Below, piece by piece: positions 18,363 to 28,291 of a stretch of DNA of 64,000 nucleotides (within the stretch, counting starts at the first letter, position 1; each line of letters starts with the position of its first letter). The stretch is from the NCBI GenBank assembly GCA_041690395.1, contig JAWLHJ010000002.1, positions 436,651 through 500,650 on the forward strand, read 5' to 3'. Source of the stretch: Longimicrobiales bacterium. Its GTDB lineage: Bacteria; Gemmatimonadota; Gemmatimonadetes; Longimicrobiales; Gaopeijiaceae. Both the position numbers and the translations under genes were made by a program. The notes beneath the pieces are model-generated. The model was not told where the DNA came from. It made no database searches and was given only the letters and a program-made list of their open reading frames with translations.

Positions 18363-18403
18363 GCGAAAGCCCCCGTCGACCAGTGGTCGACGGGGGCTTT
18401 CGC
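18363..18403. terminator. Bidirectional intrinsic terminator
   Basis: 20-bp inverted repeat GCGAAAGCCCCCGTCGACCA-G-TGGTCGACGGGGGCTTTCGC with A/T-rich flanks, between convergent genes. Confidence 0.85.
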
Positions 18404-18431
18404 CTTTCTGCCTTCTGGCGCGCGGCTCAGC

Positions 18432-20216
18432 TCAGCAGGAGACGCAGTTGTTGTTGTTCACGGCCCCGAGGCTCTCGAGGAGTCGGATGGTCTCCGGGAA
18501 CGGCGTGATTCGCTGGACCGGGCCGTTCGCCATGTCGACCGTGGTCTGACCCCGTCGGCTCACGGCCATGACGTCGGCGCCCTTCTCGACGAGATACATG
18601 ATCATCTCGTTGTCACCCCGGGCGGCCGCATGGTGCACGGCGTTGTATCCGTTGTGGTCGCGCTGGTTCACGTCGGCGCCCAGCTCCTCCACCAGATACC
18701 GCATGGCCGGCATCCAGGCGCCGGGAACGTGCCTGTGGATGTTCGCGGCGAAGCCCTCGCCGTATCCGACACCGGCCGCGGCGTGGATCGGATATACGCC
18801 CGGTCCACCCACGGGTATCTCCGGCAGCCCCGACGGGTCCGCGACATCCTCCAATCCCGGGCCGTCGAGCTGCCCCCGGTCGCTGCCACGCCGCCGCGGT
18901 TCCGGCTTCCGGGTGGGAACGCCCGGATCGGCGCCGTGCTCCACGAGCAGCTTCATCGCCTCCACATCGAGCGCGTAGGCGGCGCGCCAGAACGGGGTGG
19001 CTCCCATGCGGTCTACGCCGAGATAGTCCCCGCCCCAAGAGGTGAACCAGAGCTGCTTCTTCAAGCGGACGTTCGGATCGACCCCCGCCGCCAGCAGCGC
19101 CTCCATGACGTCGAGGTAGCTCGCCTGCTGCTGCATGTAGTGGGTCGGCTGCGGATGCCGCGCCTTCGGGATCCACTGCGTGTTGATCACCGTGTAGAGC
19201 GCCGTGGCCCCCGCGTCGTTCGCGAGGTGCGGGTCGGCGCCACGCTGGAGCAACTCCATCGCGAGATCGAAGTGACCGTTGATCGTGGCCATCACGAGCG
19301 GGGTCGTTCCATCGCCGCCACTCGCCCCGTTGATGTCGGCCCCTGCCTCGATGAGCGCGAGCGCCCCTTCGACGCTCCCCTCCCTCACGGCCATGAGCAG
19401 CGCGGTGAGGCCGCCGTATCCCCCGATCAGCTGGGCATCGGAGAAGGAGAGGGACTCAGGCTGCGCGGTGTCGTCGGTCGCGCCTCGCTGGACCGCACGC
19501 GGCGGAGTGAGCGACGCGCCACGGGCGGCGGCGCGGGGGCGCTCGCTGCGGCGGGCTTCCTCGCGCGCCCGTTGGTCGGCCCGGTCCTCGGCCTCCCGCG
19601 TCGGCATGTCCAGCACGAACGCGCGCAGTTCGGGGTCGGCCCCGTGCTCCAGGAGCGCGCGTACGACATCGCCGCGGCCAGCGGCGGCCGCGAACATCAG
19701 GGGGGTCTGTCCCCAGCGTGACTCGCGGGCGTTCGGGTCGCCGCCATGCTCCAACAGCGTGAGCGCGGCGGCCGGATCGGCCGCGGCGGCGGCGAAGTGC
19801 AGCGGCGTCACCGAGCCGGTCGTGGTCGCCGACGACGGAGCCGCACCACCCCCGAGCAGGGCCCGCAGGATGACCGTGTTGCCTGCCCGGGCGGCCAGGT
19901 GCGTCGGCGTGTAGGCGCCGAGCCTGGTCACCGGGTCGAGATCGGCGCCCGCTTCGATGAGCAGAAGCGCGACCTCCTCGTCACCCCGCTCGGCCGCCCA
20001 GTGCAGCGCGGTCATGCCGTCGCCCTGGGCCGCGTCGGGGTCTCCGCCCTGCTCGAGCAGCGTGCGCACGGCCTCGGCGTCGCCGCGCATGGCCGCGTCG
20101 GCCACCGGTGCCTCGGGAGGCGTGGCCGCCGACAGGGCCAACGTCGTGACCAGGAGTACTCCGAACGAGCGGAGCCATCTGGCTCCCGTCCGGTCCATCA
20201 TGGAGGACATGCTCAT
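18432..20216 (-). CDS. Secreted ankyrin-repeat protein with C-terminal CxxC (copy 2)
   Basis: Paralog of 11375-13249 (shares PPEAPVADAAM and AAQGDGMTALHWAAE); ends NNNNCVSC-stop; GAGGAG SD. Confidence 0.88.
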   Translation of the reverse strand: MSMSSMMDRTGARWLRSFGVLLVTTLALSAATPPEAPVADAAMRGDAEAVRTLLEQGGDPDAAQGDGMTALHWAAERGDEEVALLLIEAGADLDPVTRLGAYTPTHLAARAGNTVILRALLGGGAAPSSATTTGSVTPLHFAAAAADPAAALTLLEHGGDPNARESRWGQTPLMFAAAAGRGDVVRALLEHGADPELRAFVLDMPTREAEDRADQRAREEARRSERPRAAARGASLTPPRAVQRGATDDTAQPESLSFSDAQLIGGYGGLTALLMAVREGSVEGALALIEAGADINGASGGDGTTPLVMATINGHFDLAMELLQRGADPHLANDAGATALYTVINTQWIPKARHPQPTHYMQQQASYLDVMEALLAAGVDPNVRLKKQLWFTSWGGDYLGVDRMGATPFWRAAYALDVEAMKLLVEHGADPGVPTRKPEPRRRGSDRGQLDGPGLEDVADPSGLPEIPVGGPGVYPIHAAAGVGYGEGFAANIHRHVPGAWMPAMRYLVEELGADVNQRDHNGYNAVHHAAARGDNEMIMYLVEKGADVMAVSRRGQTTVDMANGPVQRITPFPETIRLLESLGAVNNNNCVSC

Positions 20217-20226
20217 CGACGGCTCC

Positions 20227-21639
20227 TCAACGGGCGTCGGTGGAAGTGCGTGGCATCGTGAGCGCCATCTCACCGGTGCTGTCACCGAAGTGCTCCATGT
20301 CGTCCATGCCGAGCTTGTGCATGAGGCTCAGCATCGCGTTGGACATGGGCGTTCCATCGGGCGCCCGCACGTGCAGGTTGCCGTCGAGCGTGCCGTTCCC
20401 CTTGCCGAGGACGACGAGCGGGCAGCGGCGGTGGTTGTGCAGGTTTCCGTCGGCCATCGGCGACCCGAACACGATCATCGACTTGTCGAGCATGGTGCTG
20501 TCCCCCTCCTGGATCTCACTCAGCTTCTCCAGGAAGTACGGAAGCATGCTCACGTGATACTGGTTGATCTTCGCGAAGTCGAGGACCCGCTCCTCCACGC
20601 CGCCGTGGTGCGACGCCGGGTGGAACGGCGTATCCGAGCCGCTTTCCGGGTACACCCGGGCCGACGCGTCACGCCCGGTCTTGAAGGCGAAGACGCGCGT
20701 CATGTCCGACGCGAACGCGAGCGCCTGCAGGTCGAACATGAGGCGCATGTGCTCCGAGAAGGAGTCGGGCACACCAGCCGGCGCCTCCGGAAGCTCGCGC
20801 TGCTCGCCGCTCGTGTTCTGCGCCTCGATGCCCTGGATGCGGCGCTCGATCTCGCGAACGTTGTCGAGATAGCGGTCGAGCCGCTGGTGGTCGTTCGGGC
20901 CGAGCCGGCGACGCAGGCTCCGCATGTCGTCGTTGATCCAGTCGAGGATGCTGCTGCTCGTCCGACGACGGACCGCCCGCTCCTCGGGTGTGCCGCCGGC
21001 GCCGAACAGCATGTCGAACGCCACGCGCGGGTCACGCACCATCGGCAGGGGCTCGGTCGGCGAGGCCCAGCTGAGCGAATCGGTGTAGACGCAGGAGTAC
21101 CCGTAGGCGCAGCCGCCGGACTGGTCGACGTTCTCGATGCAGAGCTGCATGGACGGAATCGGCGTGTCCTGCCCGAACCGCTGCGCGTAGAGCTGATCCA
21201 TGGAGGTGCCGACGAAGACGTCGGAGCTCTCGGTCTGTTTCGGATGCGACTGGGTCAGGAAGACCGCGCTCGACCGGAAGTGGTCACCGCCGATCTCGTT
21301 GGGCTCGAAGGCCTCGGCCATGCGCACGTCGGTGTTGCTGACGATCGTCAGGTAGTCCCGCCACGGATCGAGCGGGCTCAGGGAGCTCGGCGACAGGTCG
21401 AAGTTCCGTCCGACCTCGGCCGGCGCCCAGAGGTTCTGCGACGCGCCCCAGTCGTTGCTCCCGGCGCAGCCGTGCACGAGCTCGATGGCGACGAACCTGG
21501 TGCGGTCGAATTCCGACATCGCCGCGGCGCTTCCCCGCCCCGCCGGGATCATCGCGTCGAGGAACGGGAGCGACACGGTGGCGCCCACGCTCTTGAGGAA
21601 GGTGCGTCGCTCGATCTGCTTTCCGGTGATGAATCGCAT
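20227..21639 (-). CDS. DUF1552 (HXXSHH) protein, Tat-exported (copy 2)
   Basis: ERRTFLK Tat motif, GGCAYGYSCVY, FHPASHH; highly similar to copy 1. Confidence 0.88.
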   Translation of the reverse strand: MRFITGKQIERRTFLKSVGATVSLPFLDAMIPAGRGSAAAMSEFDRTRFVAIELVHGCAGSNDWGASQNLWAPAEVGRNFDLSPSSLSPLDPWRDYLTIVSNTDVRMAEAFEPNEIGGDHFRSSAVFLTQSHPKQTESSDVFVGTSMDQLYAQRFGQDTPIPSMQLCIENVDQSGGCAYGYSCVYTDSLSWASPTEPLPMVRDPRVAFDMLFGAGGTPEERAVRRRTSSSILDWINDDMRSLRRRLGPNDHQRLDRYLDNVREIERRIQGIEAQNTSGEQRELPEAPAGVPDSFSEHMRLMFDLQALAFASDMTRVFAFKTGRDASARVYPESGSDTPFHPASHHGGVEERVLDFAKINQYHVSMLPYFLEKLSEIQEGDSTMLDKSMIVFGSPMADGNLHNHRRCPLVVLGKGNGTLDGNLHVRAPDGTPMSNAMLSLMHKLGMDDMEHFGDSTGEMALTMPRTSTDAR

Positions 21640-21659
21640 GGTGCCTCGGTCTCCCGCCG

Positions 21660-24161
21660 TCAGTGTTGGTTGGCGGCGGCGGTCGAGACCGCCCCCGCAC
21701 GTTGCATCTGGAACGCGTCGCTCTTCACCACGCCGAGCACGAACGACGAGATCCGGTAGTCTTCCTCTTCAGCTTCCCGCACGATCCGCCGGACGACCGG
21801 CTGATCGTAGTACTCGACTCTCCGTCCGAGCGCGTACGCCATCAGGTTCGACGTGAAGGCCCTGAGCAGGAGGACCGGTCGGTCCAGCAGCGCCTGCTGC
21901 AGCGCGAGCGGCCCGTCGATGGGGGTGCCGTCGTACAGCTCCCCGTTCGTCTCGAGCGCCACGCCGTTCTCCTTGATCCGCCACTTACCGGTCATGTCGT
22001 AGCTGTCGAGCGCGAGCCCGAGCGGGTCGATGAAGCGGTGGCAGGCGTTGCAGGTCGGGTTCGCGCGGTGGACCTCCATGCGCTCCTTGGTCGTGAGCAT
22101 GCGGCCCTCGGTCGCCTCGTCCGACGTCTCCTCGAGCGGCGGCACACCCGGCGGCGGCGGCGGCGGCGGCGTGCCCATCACCACCTCCATGATCCACTTG
22201 CCGCGCAGCACCGGCGAGGTACGGCCCGCGTGCGAGGTCAGCGTGAGCACGCTGCCGTGCCCCAGGATCCCCCGACGGTAGTCGTAGGGGTAGTCGACCC
22301 TGCGGAACTGGTCGCCGCTGACACCGGGGATGTCGTAGTGCCGCGCGAGGCGCTCGTTGACGAAGGTGTAGTCCGCCGTGTAGAGCTCGAACATGCTCTC
22401 GTCCTCACGCACCAGGTGCGTGAAGAAGAGCTGTGTCTCACGGAGCATGGCGTCCGCGAGCTGCTGATGGTAGTCGGGTGCGAAGCGAACGTCCGGGTGG
22501 ACCTTTTCGAGGTCCTGGAGCCGGAGCCACTGCGAAGCGAAGCGCGTGCTCAGCGCCTCGGCCCGCTCGTCACGAAGCATGCGGAGCACCTGAGCCTCCA
22601 GCGTCTCCGGATCGGACAGGCGATCCTCCGCCGCCAGCCTCATCAGCTCCTCGTCCGGGGGAAGCCCCCAGAGGAAGTAGGAGAGGCGAGAGGCCAGATC
22701 CTCGTCGCTGACCCGGTACGTCTCGCCCAGCTCGACCTCGGCCGGTGCCTCCTCGAAGCGGAACACGAAGTGCGGGCTGGCGAGCATCGCCTCGAGCGCC
22801 GTGCGCACGCCGATCTCGAAGCCGCCTTCCTCCACACCCATGTCGTAGAAGCCGATGAGGGCCTCACGATTTTCGTCCGTCAACGGACGCCGGAACGCCT
22901 CGGGTCCGAGTCGGTCGATGATCTCGGCCGCGCACGCACGCGCTTCGTCCGGTCGCTGCTCGGGCCGCTCCGGGTAGCACGAGAAGATCCGGTCGCGGAT
23001 CGGGTGGTCGGAAACGCCCGTGACGTCCCACGGCCCCGCGATCACGAGATCGCGCATGTGGGGGAGCGAGAGCACACCGTAGCTTCCGGCGATCGCCGTG
23101 CTGGCGAGCGACCAGTCGTGCGGACGGACGAGGTCCTGGACCGGCCCCTCCATACGCTTGACGAAGGCCGCCGTGACGCGCTTCGGACCGGCCGTCACAC
23201 GGATCGGCTCCGTGCGCATCTCCACGCCCTCGGGATTCTCGACATGCATCCAGCGATCGATGTCGAGGAGCGCCACGCGCTCGCCGTCGATGGACACCTC
23301 CACCTGCTCCGGGTCATCGGGCGTCGCGAGCGAGGAGCGCCCGTTGCCGACGGCCGTGCCGGTGGTCTCGTGGTGGAAGGAGAAGCGGAAGACGTACTCC
23401 CCGTCGGCCGGGAAGGTGTGCACGACCGAGGTGCCGCCACGCGTTCCGAACGGCGCGCCCTCGACCCGCTCCGACTGCGACACCCACCGCGGGATGCGGT
23501 ACTGCCGCTCGAGCGGCGTGGCGGTGGGGTTACCGACGGCCAGGCGGCTGATCTCCGCGGCGGCGGTGAGGTAGGCGTCGAGCAAGGTGGGCGACACCAT
23601 CTGCACGTCGGCGATGTTGTCGAAGTTGTTGCTCTTGGTGTCGAGCGGCAGGTAGTCGCCGGCGTCGATGTCCAGCCCGAGCAGATCCTTGATCGAGCGT
23701 TGGTACTCGGCGCGGTTCAGTCGTTGGAACGTCCGACCGCCGGGGTTGGGGTCGGCGGCGGCTGCTGCGTCGAGCCGGGACTCGAGCGCCTCCACCAGCG
23801 CGGTGAGTGAGTCACCCGCGGGACGCCGGGCGCCGGGCGGCGGCATCATCTCCGCGCGGAGCTTCACGACGACCTTCTCGGCCAGCACCGGATCGTTCGA
23901 GGGAGCGATCGGGTCGAAGTCCTCCAGCGAGAGGTTGCCCTGGAGGCGCCGGTCGCTGTGGCACCGGACGCAGTACTGCTCGATGAGCTCGCCCTCGGCC
24001 GCGGGGTCGTCGAACACGAGACCCGATGCGGGAGCGGACGCGACCTCGTGGACCCGGGGCTCACCCGCGAGGGCGAAGTCGTCCTCGGCGGGCGTCCAGG
24101 CGACGGCGGCATAGGTGAACAGGGTGCCGGTGGTCGCGATCGCTGTGATCAGAGTCTTCAA
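21660..24161 (-). CDS. DUF1592/PSD1-5/PSCyt-type di-heme cytochrome c protein (copy 2)
   Basis: CVRCH, CNACH and the same PSD motifs as copy 1; TTG start with AAGGAG SD. Confidence 0.88.
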   Translation of the reverse strand: MKTLITAIATTGTLFTYAAVAWTPAEDDFALAGEPRVHEVASAPASGLVFDDPAAEGELIEQYCVRCHSDRRLQGNLSLEDFDPIAPSNDPVLAEKVVVKLRAEMMPPPGARRPAGDSLTALVEALESRLDAAAAADPNPGGRTFQRLNRAEYQRSIKDLLGLDIDAGDYLPLDTKSNNFDNIADVQMVSPTLLDAYLTAAAEISRLAVGNPTATPLERQYRIPRWVSQSERVEGAPFGTRGGTSVVHTFPADGEYVFRFSFHHETTGTAVGNGRSSLATPDDPEQVEVSIDGERVALLDIDRWMHVENPEGVEMRTEPIRVTAGPKRVTAAFVKRMEGPVQDLVRPHDWSLASTAIAGSYGVLSLPHMRDLVIAGPWDVTGVSDHPIRDRIFSCYPERPEQRPDEARACAAEIIDRLGPEAFRRPLTDENREALIGFYDMGVEEGGFEIGVRTALEAMLASPHFVFRFEEAPAEVELGETYRVSDEDLASRLSYFLWGLPPDEELMRLAAEDRLSDPETLEAQVLRMLRDERAEALSTRFASQWLRLQDLEKVHPDVRFAPDYHQQLADAMLRETQLFFTHLVREDESMFELYTADYTFVNERLARHYDIPGVSGDQFRRVDYPYDYRRGILGHGSVLTLTSHAGRTSPVLRGKWIMEVVMGTPPPPPPPGVPPLEETSDEATEGRMLTTKERMEVHRANPTCNACHRFIDPLGLALDSYDMTGKWRIKENGVALETNGELYDGTPIDGPLALQQALLDRPVLLLRAFTSNLMAYALGRRVEYYDQPVVRRIVREAEEEDYRISSFVLGVVKSDAFQMQRAGAVSTAAANQH

Positions 24162-24292
24162 CCTGACGGTCTCCTTCGGGTACGCGCGCTCGAACGATCG
24201 ATCCGCCCGACCTCGCCCCGCCCGTGCCCGATGTCGTGGAGTTGCTCACTCCACGGCTCGAAGCCGGGCCTGCCCGGTCGTTCGGATATCCC

Positions 24293-24323
24293 AGTATACG
24301 GGGTTCCCCGATACTGATGCCAG
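24293..24323 (-). promoter_or_regulatory. Putative promoter of DUF1592 operon 2
   Basis: Minus strand CTGGCA-N19-TATACT. The CCCCGTATA(A/C)T context is shared with operon 1. Confidence 0.35.
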
Positions 24324-24465
24324 AAAGCCCGAGCCCGACGCACGTCGGGGGATGAGGGCCGTTGTAACCATAGAGACACGCTGTGCGCTCATTTTGATGA
24401 GCGCGGCGATTCCATCGCGGGACGGGACGCCCGGTCGGTCGCCCGAACCCGCCCCCGTTGGCTGC

Positions 24466-25716
24466 TCAGCGCGGGAGCGGGTGCCGCTCCAGATAGGCGA
24501 GATCGAAGTCGTCGAACGTCACGACGTAGAGGTGCTCACGCCCGAAGCCGACGGCACGAGCACCCGGAGGGAGGAGGACGGTCTCGACGCGGTCACCCGC
24601 CCGGTCGAAGACATCGTAGGTCGACGCCTCGCCGGCGGAGACGCTCCGCCCCACCCAGGCCCGGCCGCCCGGATCGACGAGCACGCGCCCGGAGCGGAAG
24701 GGCGCCATGCGCTCGGGCCAGCTGTACTGGTCGATCGCCCGATCACGCCCGCCCCCACCGCCCCGGCTCAGCCGCGTGGACACCGCCCCGTTCTCGACGG
24801 ACACCGCCACGCCGATCCCACCGCCCGACCTCCCCTGCTCGACCAGCCACTCCTCCTTCTCGGGCGCTCCGATGCGGACCGGATCGTGGGGGACGGGGCG
24901 CCCGCGGGTGACCGCACCGTCGGGCGCGATCCAATCCACCCGTGCCGAACCCGAGCGCGCGACGACGACCGAGCCGTCCGGGGCCACCCCCCAGGCATCC
25001 TCCGGGGACAGCGGAACCGCCTCGATGGCGACGTTGCGCTCGTCCGCGCCGCCGCTCTCCCGTCGCACGCGGTCCTGGAGCTTCACCGTAGCGGCCGTGT
25101 CGGCGACCCGCGTGGACCTGTCGATCCTGAGGACGGCCCCCGAGTCGGGAAGCGCGCCCCCCGGTCCCCCACCCATCCCGAGCGCGCGAGCATAGATCCG
25201 CCCACGACCGTCGACGCCCTGGGGAAGCGCGAGCGTGAACGGGGCCCCCGCGCCGGGACGCGGATCCCCGAGGGCGATGGGCATGGTGGGACCGAACGCG
25301 AGTTCCGGACCCAGCACCACGAGACGGCCGTTGCCGAGGTCGACGAGGAGCGTCGAATCCGCCGGTAGGGGCCAGACCGCATCGGGCTGCATGTACTCGT
25401 CGGGGCCCTGGCCCTGGCGCCCGACCACGGTCCGGGCGCCTCGCTCCAGATCGACCAGGTAGAGCGCGCGACCCAGCGGGTCGGCCACGAGCACCCGCCC
25501 GTCCGGAAGCTCCCGCACGGTCTGGATGGAGCCGAAGTCCTCGGGAAACCGGTCGGCCGGGGTGTCGAGGACGACCTGGGCGGTCGCCGACGGAGGAAGG
25601 GCGAAGGTGAGCGCGAGCACCCCCGCGATCAGCGCCCCCGAGACGAGGCGCCGAGCGTCCCGACGCTCCGCGCGGTCTCGCGCAGCCTCCGGTCCCTTCG
25701 TGCTCGCGTCGCTCAT
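24466..25716 (-). CDS. Secreted beta-propeller (NHL/6-bladed-like) hypothetical protein
   Basis: Signal ending ATA-Q; VRELPDGRVLVAD, GRQGQGPDEY..P, VDPGGRAWV and YDVFDRAG blades. Confidence 0.7.
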   Translation of the reverse strand: MSDASTKGPEAARDRAERRDARRLVSGALIAGVLALTFALPPSATAQVVLDTPADRFPEDFGSIQTVRELPDGRVLVADPLGRALYLVDLERGARTVVGRQGQGPDEYMQPDAVWPLPADSTLLVDLGNGRLVVLGPELAFGPTMPIALGDPRPGAGAPFTLALPQGVDGRGRIYARALGMGGGPGGALPDSGAVLRIDRSTRVADTAATVKLQDRVRRESGGADERNVAIEAVPLSPEDAWGVAPDGSVVVARSGSARVDWIAPDGAVTRGRPVPHDPVRIGAPEKEEWLVEQGRSGGGIGVAVSVENGAVSTRLSRGGGGGRDRAIDQYSWPERMAPFRSGRVLVDPGGRAWVGRSVSAGEASTYDVFDRAGDRVETVLLPPGARAVGFGREHLYVVTFDDFDLAYLERHPLPR

Positions 25717-25801
25717 CGCTCTCCTCCTGCGTGATGACCTTCCGGCGTGCACGCTCCTCGGCGCGTCGCCGCTCTCCCCTCCATGGACGCGCCGGTCCCC
25801 G

Positions 25802-26770
25802 TCAGCGGTTGCCCGGACCCCGGGGCTGGACGCCGGGCACGGACTGCATGGTCCGGGCCGGACGCATCGCGCGCCGCTCGGCGAGGTCGAACGCGTCTCC
25901 GGGGGCGAGGAAGTAGAACGAGCCCCCTCCGCTGGTCGCGGTGTTCCGGTCGTAGATCAGGACGTACGAGCGGCCGATGACCTCGAATCGGTCGCCGCGG
26001 ACCACGATGCCGGTGTCCTCGTCGAGCCCGATGCCGAGCAGCTCGGGGTGGGCGTCGAGGACCTCGAGCAGGTCGAAGTGCCGGTTCCGCTGCAGCACGT
26101 GCTGGTCGATGCCGACATCGCGAAGGTAGCCGAAGCCCTCCTGGCGGTCTCCCATCATGACCTGATTGGTCCGCGTGTCACCGCGCACGAGGAACGATCC
26201 CTGGATGGAGGCGCCCGCCGACGTGCCACCGATGACGCCGCCGCGGTCCAGCACCTTCCGGATCTCCTCTTCGGTCCGCGTGCCGGCGTACGCGTCGACC
26301 AACCGCCACTGGCGCCCACCGAAGAAGAAGACGGCGTCCGCCGTCCGGAGCGGCTCGACGAAGGCTTCCGTGTCGGCCACCGCGGGGTCGGTCGTGTGCA
26401 GGACGGTCATATTGCGCGCGCCGTGCTCACGCCACGCGTTCAGCCCCCCGTACCGCTCGTCGTACTCCGCCTGTCCGCCGGCCGTCGGGATCATGACCAT
26501 GTGGGCGTCGGGACCGCCCGCCAGCTCGATGAACGCCTCGTAGATCTCGGGCGACCGCATCGCGCCCCCCACGATGAGGAGCGTGCCGTTCGCGGGGCCG
26601 ACGACCGGGGGAGCCGGTCTCTGCTCCTGCGCCTGGCCCGCGGCGGGAGCGAAGGCGCACACCCAGGCGGCGAGCGTGAGGGGGCGCAGCCAGCGAGCAC
26701 CTCGGCGATGGGCTGCGGCGAGGGGAGGGCGAACGCGACGGAGCGAACCGATGATGCTGATCTCCTTCAT
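25802..26770 (-). CDS. Cyanophycinase (peptidase S51) with export signal
   Basis: LLIVGG, IPTA, FFGGRQWRL, GTSAGA (Ser), IDQH...QRNR (His), GIGLDEDT (Glu). Signal ends GQA-Q. Start overlaps the symporter stop (ATGA). Confidence 0.85.
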   Translation of the reverse strand: MKEISIIGSLRRVRPPLAAAHRRGARWLRPLTLAAWVCAFAPAAGQAQEQRPAPPVVGPANGTLLIVGGAMRSPEIYEAFIELAGGPDAHMVMIPTAGGQAEYDERYGGLNAWREHGARNMTVLHTTDPAVADTEAFVEPLRTADAVFFFGGRQWRLVDAYAGTRTEEEIRKVLDRGGVIGGTSAGASIQGSFLVRGDTRTNQVMMGDRQEGFGYLRDVGIDQHVLQRNRHFDLLEVLDAHPELLGIGLDEDTGIVVRGDRFEVIGRSYVLIYDRNTATSGGGSFYFLAPGDAFDLAERRAMRPARTMQSVPGVQPRGPGNR

Positions 26771-28284
26771 GGCTTGCCTTCGATGGCTGGGGAAGCGTCC
26801 TCGCTCCCGTACACGAATCGCTCCACCTCACCGTGGATGCGGGCGACGGTCTCGGTCGAGGGCCCGCGCGTGAAGCCGGACACGGTCACCGCCAGCACCC
26901 CGTTCACCAGGAGCGACCAGACGGCGCCGTGCATGCCCCAGGGGTGCGGCACGACCACGAGCGTGACGTACAGCGTGGCCATCCCCGCCCCGATACCGGT
27001 GAGCACGCCCGCCCGGGTGAGCGTTCGTCGTCCCGGGAAGCAGACGCCCAGGATAGCCGGCATGAGCTGCAGCGCCCCGGACCCCGAAAGGGTGACCAGC
27101 ACGACCAGGAATCCGAAGGTGCGGACCGAGAGCACGTATCCGACCACGAGCAGCACGGCCACGAGAACCCGCCCGACGGCCACGTAGTGGGCCTGAGTAC
27201 GGTCGGTGGCCACGTACCGCTGGTACACGTCGCGCGTGAGGACGGTGACGTTCGCGTGCAGGATCGAGTCGAGCGTGGACATCGCCGCTGCCGTCGCGCC
27301 GGCCAGGATCAGTCCCGTCATCCAGGCGGGAGCATAGGCGAACAGGAGCTCGGGGAAGATCCGGTCGGGCACGTCGAGGCCCGGCATGACGATCGCGCCC
27401 CCGAGCCCGACCAGCGCGGTGGGTATGTAGAGCGTGATCAGGTAGATGGGCGTGGTGGCGCCGAGAAGCTTGAGCGTCTTGCCGTCGATCGCCGTGTAGT
27501 AGCGGATCATCATGTGGGGTTGGAAAACGATCCCGAACGAGAGCGTCAGCGTCATCCCGAGCCACATCCCCGGGGTGAAGAAGCCCTCGGGACCCGGCAG
27601 CGTGAGCAGGTCCGGGCGCTCCGCCATGACGGCGCGCACCAGCTCGATCGGGCCGCCGAAGAGCTCGAACGCCAGGTATACGGCGCCGATCCAGACCGCG
27701 AGATACATCCACACGCCCTGGAGAACGTCGGTCCAGTAGACGGCGCGGAGGCCGCCCGCGACCAGATACGCCGCGGCCACGACCAGGAGCACGAGCGTGC
27801 CGAGCTCGAACGAAATCCGGCCTCCGGAGGCCACGTTGATGATGTAGCCGAGGCCCTGCGCCTGGACCTGGATATAGAGGATGGTGAAGAGAACGGATAC
27901 GACCGCGACCGCGATCCGCACCGCCTCGGACTCGTAGAAGTCGGCCAGCATGTCGGCCGGCGTCATGTACCCGAAGGCCTTCCCGAGCGCCCAGATGCGC
28001 GTGCCCAGCACGTAGGTGATGGCGCCGACCAGCACGGTCCACGTGCCGGCCATCCAGAAGCCGATGCCGTGCGTGTAGAAGAAGCCGCCGGAGCCGAGGA
28101 ACGCGAACGCCGAATGGAAGGTGGCGACGACCGTGAGGTAGAGGACCACGAAGCCGGCGCGCCGGCCATACAGGAGGAAGTCCTCCATGTCGACGGTCAT
28201 GCGGCGGTTGGCGACCACACCGAGCACGATCGTCGCCAGCAGGTAGACGAAGATCAGCCCCGTCGCGACGACCCAGGCTTCCAT
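26767..28284 (-). CDS. Sodium:solute symporter family protein
   Basis: About 13 TM helices; EDFLLYGR, SAFAFLG, GGLRAVYWTD, AAAMSTLDS. Confidence 0.92.
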   Translation of the reverse strand: MEAWVVATGLIFVYLLATIVLGVVANRRMTVDMEDFLLYGRRAGFVVLYLTVVATFHSAFAFLGSGGFFYTHGIGFWMAGTWTVLVGAITYVLGTRIWALGKAFGYMTPADMLADFYESEAVRIAVAVVSVLFTILYIQVQAQGLGYIINVASGGRISFELGTLVLLVVAAAYLVAGGLRAVYWTDVLQGVWMYLAVWIGAVYLAFELFGGPIELVRAVMAERPDLLTLPGPEGFFTPGMWLGMTLTLSFGIVFQPHMMIRYYTAIDGKTLKLLGATTPIYLITLYIPTALVGLGGAIVMPGLDVPDRIFPELLFAYAPAWMTGLILAGATAAAMSTLDSILHANVTVLTRDVYQRYVATDRTQAHYVAVGRVLVAVLLVVGYVLSVRTFGFLVVLVTLSGSGALQLMPAILGVCFPGRRTLTRAGVLTGIGAGMATLYVTLVVVPHPWGMHGAVWSLLVNGVLAVTVSGFTRGPSTETVARIHGEVERFVYGSEDASPAIEGKP

Positions 28285-28291
28285 GGCTGGG

